Positions 17,668 through 24,257 of a stretch of DNA of 32,000 bases are shown here, in pieces (the stretch's first letter is position 1; each line of letters opens with the position of its first letter). Source of the DNA: an uncultured Polyangiaceae bacterium (GTDB lineage: Bacteria > Myxococcota_A > Polyangia > Polyangiales > Polyangiaceae); the NCBI GenBank assembly GCA_964454025.1, contig CAYVRP010000006.1:70587-102586 (forward strand). Direction: 5' to 3'. The translations under genes were made by a program, and so were the position numbers. The notes beneath the pieces are model-generated. The model ran no database searches, was not told the DNA's origin, and saw only the letters and a program-made list of their open reading frames with translations.

Positions 17668-17885
17668 GGCTTCGCACTCCCGGGTTCGCCGCGCCCTTCG
17701 CCGCGGCTCGATCGTCGTATAGCCGCGGCGGCTCAGGAGGGAAGCCCGGAGCGCCGCTCGGCGCCGATCGGCCCGAGGGCCCAGGTGCGCCCCCGCCGAG
17801 CGCGCCCCTCCCCGCGGGCGACCGCCTCCCGTTCGCCCGCGCACGGCGGCGAGGCGGCGCTCCGGGAGGAAGGCCCCGCGCCACG

Positions 17886-18083
17886 CTAGTCGCCGCTCTC
17901 GCCCTTGCCCTCGGCGAGCTCGATCAGGGTGGAGAGCGCCTCGATCTCGCGCTTCACCTTGAGCTCCTGCTGGCGCAGGCTCTTGATGGACGCCTCGAGC
18001 TTGCGCTGCTCGACCTCGACCTCCCGGAGGGATTCCTTGAGCCTGTCGCGCTCGGTCCTGAGGGTTTCCACGTCGATGGCCAC
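17886..18083 (-). CDS. Small coiled-coil protein (65 aa), hypothetical
   Basis: GTG at 18083 is preceded by GCAGGAGGCAGC (strong Shine-Dalgarno with 5-nt spacing). The product is VAIDVETLRTERDRLKESLREVEVEQRKLEASIKSLRQQELKVKREIEALSTLIELAEGKGESGD, heptad-like throughout. The in-frame upstream part of track ORF 17886..18533 is Arg-rich nonsense. Confidence 0.6.
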   Translation of the reverse strand: MAIDVETLRTERDRLKESLREVEVEQRKLEASIKSLRQQELKVKREIEALSTLIELAEGKGESGD

Positions 18084-18727
18084 GCTGCCTCCTGCTCCAA
18101 GCGTCCGGCGAACCCGGTTTCGACGACGAGCGGCGCAGCGGCGCGCCAGCGCGTCGTGCCGCGCGTGGGCGAGCGTAGGCGACAGTCGCACGGACGGCAA
18201 CCGGGCGGCCTGCGCGGCTCCTGGCCCTGACTCGCGCGGGGGGCGCTCCGCCCGCGACTGGGGGCTCGCGCTCACGCCCTCCGTTCGATCCGGACGAAGA
18301 CCACCCTGCTGCCCGTGCGTGCCGGGCGCCCCACGCCGTTGGCGACTTCGCGTCCGCCGCGGCGGACGGGCGGTGACGCGCGACCCCGGGGGGGAGCAGG
18401 CGCACCTCCCGTCGCGCCTCCCCACCCGGCGGCATACGCGCGGGATCCGGCGCTCGGGGCGACGCTCGCGAGGCGGAGTTCGCCCGGTGTTCCGCCGCCG
18501 CGACCGCGCTCGGACAGGGAACGGAAGCCGCAATGGGAACGGTGATATGCCAATCTCTCGAAATCCGAGAGTGCCATTCTAGGTGCCGTGCCCTGGACTG
18601 ACCCTCCGGGGCGGGGGCCCGCGTCGCGCCCGGCCCCGTGCGGCCCGAGTCCCCCGAATAAACCCGCGGTTGGGGCCGTTCTGGGGATAACCTGCGTGGT
18701 TGTCGGATGCCCGCCAGCGGGGCCGCC

Positions 18728-18736
18728 TGTGGATAA
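18728..18736 (-). promoter_or_regulatory. Perfect consensus DnaA-box 9-mer (TTATCCACA on the minus strand)
   Basis: The plus strand reads TGTGGATAA at 18728-18736. A one-mismatch copy, TGGGGATAA, lies at 18682-18690 in the same orientation. Both are inside the most AT-rich patch of the window. Function unknown. Confidence 0.3.
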
Positions 18737-18764
18737 TATTTCTCTCTCGCAAACCCTTTTTCGC

Positions 18765-18793
18765 TTGCCAAAAGTCGCGCCTTGGCCCATAAC
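18765..18793 (+). promoter_or_regulatory. Candidate sigma70-type promoter (TTGCCA - 17 nt - CATAAC) facing into the ORF-free region
   Basis: -35 TTGCCA at 18765-18770 (5/6 to consensus). A 17-nt spacer. -10 CATAAC at 18788-18793 (4/6). No ORF with native codon usage follows for about 2 kb. Confidence 0.25.
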
Positions 18794-19679
18794 TGTGGGT
18801 GGAAGTTCGCGGTACATCTACCGGCGGGCATCCAGGACGCAGAAGTTGCACGGGGCGCAGCGCGGGCGGCGCCGAACCCGAGGTAACTCGGGGCGGGCTG
18901 TTCGCGCCGTTCGTGGGCGGGGTTCGACCCGTCAAGGTCGGATTCTGGCACGAGCGAAAAGATGCGTGTCCCGCGCTCGCCTTCGAGTGAGCGCGGGCGG
19001 TCTGGCGGGAGCTGCACCCCGTCGGATCCCCGGGCAATGGAAAGCACCCCGGTCTTCGGCACTGTCGGCGCCATTCGCGTGGTCCGGCAATCCGTCGGGG
19101 ACCTAGGTCGGTTCGTTGACGTCCGGTATCCAGACGGGCGAAGGCGGGGCGGCGACGAACGGGGTGCTCGGGGATCCGGGAGTGGGCCTCTGCACCGCTG
19201 CGTGCATGCTGGCTCCGGGGTCACTCGGTCCGCGCGTGAGGCGCCCTGACGGGTGCTGGTCGTGGCTTGGGCCACGGACACGCGCGGCTCACGGCGGGCG
19301 GGTCCTCACGGTCCCGTCCGCAGCGAATCGCGGCCAACGCGGTGCGTGTGAGGTCTTGGGCCCCGATCGGTGTGCCTCGGAATCCAACTTGGTTGCAGAA
19401 GCCATCGAGCGACGCTCGGCTCAGAGAAGCCACCTCGGTTGCGGCCGCGGTGGGGGACGGGGGCCTAGCTACCGTCGGGAGACCGACATGGGCGAACGGC
19501 GTTGCCAGGGCGAGACATCGGAGACGATGTCGAACCCAGCCGGCTCGAGGAGAGCCGCTCGGTGGTGGAAGGCGTCTCGGGCCGTGGCAGCCGTCAGCCT
19601 TCACGGGTGGGCGGTGCAAGCGGTCTAGGTGGCCCGGATCGCAGGAGTGGTCCTCTCGTTTCGGGTCGCGACGGAGACG

Positions 19680-20675
19680 TCAGAGCTGCGGCCGGATGCC
19701 CACCCAGGTTGGCGAACAGGCGGCCGAAGTGGGGTCCGAGCCGGGCGAAGTGAGGCGCGCGGCGTGAACGGCGTGCTTCGCGGCGAGCGATCGCCGCAGC
19801 CAGGTGGAGCCGAGGTGCTCGTCTCTGAAATGTGGATCGCAGGTGTCGACCGGACACATCCACGGTGACGCATCGCGAGTAGCAGGAGCCGTACCCGCCA
19901 CGGTGAGCTTGGGCCTTGAGGTCCGAGAGCGCCGACGCGACGGGGGCGGTTTCTGGGAAGCGAACGGTGGTTCGGCGGGCTTGGCGGCCCGTGCGTCAGC
20001 GTCGCCTGGCGTCGTCGGATCGAGGGTTCCTTTGACGGGGTGCCCCTGACGAGGCGGCGTGAGAGGGTGTGCCAGCGTTTCGCCGAGAGCCCAAATCCCT
20101 GGGCGGAGCGTGGTGGTCGCGGGTCCTCTCGCGATTTCGTGTACGGCACCAGGCGCTTCTGGACGTCTCGACGGTAAGCCTCCCTTAACCGGGACTTGCC
20201 CGCGGGCGTCCGGCGCTCGTGGTCAAGGAAGGCACAGGCCGGCCTGCGCTGGTCGCAGCGGTCTGGGTCCTCCAAGCTGGCCGTTCGAAGCTGGTTTTCG
20301 GGCGGACGGTGCCATGGGATGCTCCAGCGAAGCGTCAGAGGCATGAACCATCCGGGAAAGACCCATCCAGCCGGTGAGGCGCGGTGGGTCCGGGCCAGTC
20401 GGCACCGCGTGAGCGGCGCCGCAGAGCACCTCGGATTGGAGCTCGCCGAAGCTGGCAGGGCCAACGACCCTGTCACCCGAGCTCGGTCGGTCCAGCGCGA
20501 ACTGCGCGGCCGTGACTTCGGGGATCCACATTGGGATGATGATGCCGCAGGCGCCGTTGCAACGGCCCCTGCGGGGTCGGTGACATCGAGCAGCGATCGA
20601 GGGACGTGCGACGTCCACCACCGACAGGTGACCTTCCCCAACGGCGATCCGGGCGACCGGCTCGCCGTTGGTCAT
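19680..20675 (-). pseudogene. Decayed IS110-family (DEDD N-terminal domain + Transposase_20 domain) recombinase gene
   Basis: Family-like peptides appear in the right order but across two reading frames and through stops.
- Frame of ATG 20675: IAVGEGHLSVVDVARPS (20598-20648; compare VGIDVSKxxLDVAV), IPEVTAAQ (compare EATGxY), then an in-frame TGA at 20223-20225, then LRPGIWALGETLA (PGIW at 20091-20102; compare IPGIGxxTA).
- Second frame: HAASSGAPRQRN (20026-20049; compare AAYAGLAPRQxxSG), then RRR-TGA-RTGRQARR with the TGA at 19996-19998.
- First frame again: DPHFRDEHLG.
- Second frame again: LAAAIARRE (19777-19803; compare KVALVAvARKL).
The overall span of about 1 kb fits a 330-aa IS110-type protein. 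Element ends are not defined. Confidence 0.5.
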
Positions 20676-20901
20676 TTTGTGGCTCGCCGCTTCGGGTCCA
20701 GGGGGCCGTGAGGCGCCCGCCGCGCCTGTGCGCTCGGCGGGGCGCCGTCGCGATGCGAGCGGCGAGCCTGGGCTCCCGAGTCTGGAAGCCCGGCCGCTGC
20801 ATTTCGTCCTCTTCTCACCCCTCGGGGTGATGCGGACGGCCGGATGCTTCCGGCAGAGTGCTCAGGTCATGGTGCCGCGCGCCCGTGTCCCGGCCTGCTG
20901 C

Positions 20902-21474
20902 ATGACCTCGGGGGAGATCGCCCGGTTGGTCTGCGTTGACCTGAAGACCATCCACAATTGGGTACGGCACGGGCACCTCCGGGGCCGGCGGACGAAGGGA
21001 CGCCACCTCCGGTTCCACCGGACGGAAGTGGTGCGGTTCATGCGGCGGTTCGGCTACGCCGTGCCCGAGTCGCTCGGCGCTGCCGTGCCGCGCGTGCTGA
21101 TCGTGGGGGGCCCGGCGGTGTCCGGGGTGGGGCGCGCCCTGCACGAGTACGTCGACGTCGAGCGTCACGACGGGCTGTTCGACGCGGCGCTCGTCGTCGC
21201 CGCGGGAGACTACGAGGTGCTCGTGCTCGACGCCGACCTCTTCGGGATCAAGCACGTGATCGATCTGGTGACCGCGCTCCGGAGGCGGCCGGTGACGCAG
21301 GGGGTCGCCATCATCGCCCTTAGCAGGGTCGCCGAGCACCGCGCGCAGTTTCTGGAGGCCGGGGGGGACACGGCCATCTCCACGCCAGCCGAGCTCGGCG
21401 CCGCCGTGCGCTGGGTGACCGGAGCGTCAGTGCCGCCGGCGCCGGCGCCGATGGCGAACGCAGCCGGGGCGTGA
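20902..21474 (+). CDS. Excisionase/MerR-type HTH DNA-binding domain fused to a receiver-like (pseudo-REC) domain
   Basis: Real part of track ORF 20668..21474. MTSGEIARLVCVDLKTIHNWVRHGHLRGRRTKGRHLRFHRTEVVRFMRRFG is an HTH_17-like motif. It is followed by PRVLIVGG, YEVLVLDADLFG, VAIIALS, GGDTAISTP, which has the REC-fold pattern. An alternative ATG lies at 20869. Confidence 0.75.
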   Translation: MTSGEIARLVCVDLKTIHNWVRHGHLRGRRTKGRHLRFHRTEVVRFMRRFGYAVPESLGAAVPRVLIVGGPAVSGVGRALHEYVDVERHDGLFDAALVVAAGDYEVLVLDADLFGIKHVIDLVTALRRRPVTQGVAIIALSRVAEHRAQFLEAGGDTAISTPAELGAAVRWVTGASVPPAPAPMANAAGA

Positions 21475-21493
21475 GGGGCAGGGCGGCGCGCGG

Positions 21494-21910
21494 TCAGCGG
21501 CGTCGGCCTGCCTTCGGCCTGTGGTCCTCCGCGGTCTCGGCCGAGGCCTCGGGTACCAGCGCCCCGCGCCGGTCCACCACGAAGACCAGCCGACGCACCC
21601 ACCGCGGGGCGAGGCGCGCCTCGCGCTGCAGGTGCTCCAGCGGGTCGCGACGGCGGAGGGGCGCGGGGCGTGAATCGACGCGCATCAGCCGTGAGCCTGG
21701 AGCCAGCGCGAGGTCAATCACGCGCTCCCAGACCGTTCCCGGCGCTGGCTCGAGGACCGTGACCGACGCGCCTGGCGAGCCGCTCGCAGGTCGCCAGCCG
21801 CTGCCCTCCCGGATGAGCCAGGTGGTGCGCTCGTGCCCGCGGGCGACCACCACCTCCCGCTCCGTCACCGCCACGGTGACGAGCGCCGGACCAGCGGGCG
21901 GTCGCGTCAC
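21494..21910 (-). CDS. Hypothetical protein (138 aa), downstream of the NUDIX gene
   Basis: GTG start. Third codon positions are overwhelmingly G/C. The sequence is non-repetitive (ALVTVAVTEREVVVARGHERTTWLIREGSGWRPASG, VWERVIDLALAPGSRLMRVD, RLVFVVDRRGALV). It lies 46 nt after the NUDIX stop on the same strand. Confidence 0.55.
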   Translation of the reverse strand: MTRPPAGPALVTVAVTEREVVVARGHERTTWLIREGSGWRPASGSPGASVTVLEPAPGTVWERVIDLALAPGSRLMRVDSRPAPLRRRDPLEHLQREARLAPRWVRRLVFVVDRRGALVPEASAETAEDHRPKAGRRR

Positions 21911-21956
21911 GGCGCCCAGCGTACGTCCGCCCGCGTCGCTCCACCAGCGCTGGCGG

Positions 21957-22448
21957 TCATTCCCACCAGGCTGGTTGCTCGCCGACGTGGAGCACGAAGT
22001 CGGTCATGCCGTGCGCCAGCGGGCTCGGCAGGTCGCCGGGGGAGAACAGCCCCACCTCCCGGATCTCGGCCGGGTTCTCCGTCGGGCGCAGGGGCGCCGT
22101 CACCTCCGCGGTGACCACCACCGTCACCGCGTGAAACCGCAGGTCGCGATCCGGGTCCGAGTACACGCCGACGACGTCACCCAGGCGGCGCACCTCGACG
22201 CCCGCCTCCTCGCGGAGCTCGCGGACAATCGCGGTGCGGAACGTCTCGCCCCATTCGAGGGTGCCGCCAGGGAGCGCCCAGTCCCCCGTGTCCGCGCGTC
22301 GGACCAGCACCCAGCGCCCGTCCGGCACCCGCGCCACCGCTACGATCCCCGCGACCGGACGTCGCAGCAGGTGGCGGGCGGCCTCCTTGACGATCCCCCA
22401 GAGTCCTCTCGGTACTCGCACCCGACGCTCCCGTGGCGACGCTCGCAC
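21957..22448 (-). CDS. NUDIX hydrolase
   Basis: Nudix box GGTLEWGETFRTAIVRELREEAGV (Gx5Ex7REUxEExGU). 163 aa, GTG start. Confidence 0.9.
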   Translation of the reverse strand: MRASPRERRVRVPRGLWGIVKEAARHLLRRPVAGIVAVARVPDGRWVLVRRADTGDWALPGGTLEWGETFRTAIVRELREEAGVEVRRLGDVVGVYSDPDRDLRFHAVTVVVTAEVTAPLRPTENPAEIREVGLFSPGDLPSPLAHGMTDFVLHVGEQPAWWE

Positions 22449-22566
22449 GTCGCCACATATCCGAGCTTTTCGCCCGGCGCGAGCCCCAAATCTCCGTCTC
22501 GGCCCGCCTGGGCCCGCGCGTCCGCGCCGGCGGCCAAGCTGATGGGGGATGTGCTAGCAACCACCC

Positions 22567-24111
22567 GTGCTCCACCGCGGTGCCTCCATCTTCCTGGCCC
22601 TCGCGCTCGGGGCCGCGGCCTGCGGCGAGCATCGGGATCCCCCGGGGGCCTCTCCCCCTCCATCCGGCTCGGTCCGCGTCGTCGCGGCACCCCTCGGCGC
22701 GGACGGCGCGGGGGGACCGGGGACACCTGGTTACGTCCCGGGCTCGCCTGACGACGCCTTGCCCTTCACCCCGACCGGCGTACGGATCGCCAGCATCGCC
22801 TGGCGCACCTGGATCTACACGGACACGGGCCCCTCCCGCACCCGCTTCGGCTACTTGCGCGCCGGCGCGGTGGTCGATGCCCGTGGTCCGGCCATCGTGA
22901 ACGAAGGGTGCGCGGGCGGCTGGTATCGCATCAACCCGCGCGGGTTCGTCTGCGTCGGCAAAGGGGCGACGCTGGACGTGACGACGGACCCGATCGTGCG
23001 CTCGGTGCGGAGGCCACCGCAGCGTCGGGCCGGGCTGCCCTACCCCTACGTGATGGCGGGAGAGTCCCCGCCCTACCGCTACTTCCGACTCCCCAGCGCC
23101 GCCGAGATGCGGTCCGTAGAGGGCGACGACCTCGACGGTCGCGCCGCGGCCTGGCGAGCCCGGCAGACCGCGCGGCAGGGCCTGGCCGCGCTCGGCGAAA
23201 TCGGCTCGCCGCCGCCGTTCCTGTCGACCACGGCCCCGATCCAGAAGCCCTACGGCGTCGATTCGGGGCTGCACTACACCGCGCACGCTGGGCGCGCCGC
23301 CCCCGGGAGCGGCTTCGCGCTCCTCGAGGTGTTCGCGTGGGAGGGGCGGGTGTTCGGGCTCACCACCAGCTTCGATCTCATCCCGCTCGATCGCACCGAG
23401 GTCATCAAGCAGAGCCCGTTCCACGGGGTCGCGCTCGGGCCGGACGAGTCCTTGCCGGTCGGGATGGTCAAGGGATATCGACTGAAGCGATCTTCGCTCG
23501 AGGGCGGTGAGCTGGTGGAGGCCGGGGAGTACGGCTACCGCGAATGGGTCAAGCTCGCCGGGGAGGCGGGGGGAGCCGGGGCGCAGGCTCTGAGGCCGAC
23601 GACCGACAGCGGCTGGGTCGCCGTCAACGGGTTGCGACTGGTCGAGCCGAGGACGTCGTTCCCGAGCTTCGCCACCGGTCGCAGGAAGTGGATCGACGTG
23701 TCGATCCGCGACCAGACGCTGGTGGCCTACGAGGGCCAGAAGCCGGTGTACGTCACCCTGGTCAGCACCGGTCGCGGGGGGCTCGGCGACCCCGAGAAGG
23801 TGGACGCCACCGTACGCGGCACCTTCATGATCCACACCAAGCACGTCAGCGCGACCATGGACGGGAACGAGGACAAGGCCGACTCCTACGCGCTCGAGGA
23901 CGTCCCCTTCGTGCAGTACTTCCACAAGGGATACGCGCTCCACGGCGCCTACTGGCACGACGAGTTCGGCAAGATCAGGAGCCACGGTTGCATCAACCTC
24001 GCTCCCCTCGACGCCGCGTGGCTGTTCGAGTGGACGGACCCCGTCGTCCCCCCCGGCTGGCATGGCGTCATCAACAAGGACCGGGGCACCGTGGTTCTGG
24101 TGCGGGCCTGA
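22567..24111 (+). CDS. L,D-transpeptidase (YkuD domain) lipoprotein with a large N-terminal domain
   Basis: Lipobox FLALALGAAAC. The C-terminal YkuD domain is WIDVSIRDQTLVAYEGQKPVYVTLVSTG, TVRGTF, FHKGYALHGAYWHDEFGKIRSHGCINL (catalytic Cys in SHGC). Confidence 0.9.
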   Translation: MLHRGASIFLALALGAAACGEHRDPPGASPPPSGSVRVVAAPLGADGAGGPGTPGYVPGSPDDALPFTPTGVRIASIAWRTWIYTDTGPSRTRFGYLRAGAVVDARGPAIVNEGCAGGWYRINPRGFVCVGKGATLDVTTDPIVRSVRRPPQRRAGLPYPYVMAGESPPYRYFRLPSAAEMRSVEGDDLDGRAAAWRARQTARQGLAALGEIGSPPPFLSTTAPIQKPYGVDSGLHYTAHAGRAAPGSGFALLEVFAWEGRVFGLTTSFDLIPLDRTEVIKQSPFHGVALGPDESLPVGMVKGYRLKRSSLEGGELVEAGEYGYREWVKLAGEAGGAGAQALRPTTDSGWVAVNGLRLVEPRTSFPSFATGRRKWIDVSIRDQTLVAYEGQKPVYVTLVSTGRGGLGDPEKVDATVRGTFMIHTKHVSATMDGNEDKADSYALEDVPFVQYFHKGYALHGAYWHDEFGKIRSHGCINLAPLDAAWLFEWTDPVVPPGWHGVINKDRGTVVLVRA

Positions 24112-24257
24112 CGCCGAAGCCTCCCCTCGCTTTGTGGCGCGACACGGGGTAGACGTTCGCCGCCTCGAGCGTATCAAGGGCCCGGGCCCGGCGCTCGGAG
24201 TGGCGAAGGGGCAGCGTTCGCCGATAGCGGGTTGCTGACGATCAGTGAGGAGGCAAG

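Noticed and set aside
18946-18965. Sigma54 promoter, prompted by TGGCAC at 18946-18951. Also GTGCCA at 18571-18576 and 20309-20314 for the minus strand.
   Set aside because: None has the TTGC(-12) element at the required 5-nt spacing from the GG(-24) element.
17668-19281. The N-terminal ~540 aa of the 673-aa ORF 17260..19281(-), and the upstream part of 17886..18533(-).
   Set aside because: Only the last 135 codons (hemerythrin) and the last 65 codons (coiled coil) are protein-like. The rest is low-complexity Arg/Pro/Ser text crossing the low-GC region.
19150-19420. A second IS110-like fragment on the minus strand (GTPIGAQDLTRTALAAI, then RF, then QHPSGRLTRG in shifted frames).
   Set aside because: The spacing between the motifs does not fit the family: about 5 residues too short before RF and about 7 too long before SG. 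The matches are short, so chance cannot be excluded. It is left as something for a frameshift-aware HMM search.
18900-19560. tRNA, tmRNA, RNase P or SRP RNA in the ORF-free region. Prompted by GGTTCGA at 18921-18927, GTCGAACCC at 19529-19537, GGAAAGCACCCCGG at 19039-19052 and GTCCACCA at 20609-20616.
   Set aside because: I could not build a cloverleaf or T-arm around the TTCGA motifs. The RNase P P4 strings (GAGGAAAGTCCGGGC, ACAGAACCCGGCTTA) and the SRP or tmRNA hallmarks are absent or only loosely resembled.
19886-19920. Group II intron domain V, prompted by GAGCCGTAC at 19886-19894.
   Set aside because: The following sequence does not fold into the 34-nt AGC…GNRA…hairpin. There is no reverse-transcriptase ORF or YADD motif in any frame, and no GTGYG 5' end in a sensible position.
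19990-20080. Tyrosine recombinase/integrase relic. The minus-strand text RWHTLSRRLVRGTPSKEPSIRRRQATLT superficially resembles HxLRHTfa..L..aGv….LGHa.l..T.
   Set aside because: The other two frames of the same DNA give much better, ordered matches to IS110-type Transposase_20 motifs (PGIW…, AASSGAPRQR, RRRxxGRQARR). No other integrase boxes were found.
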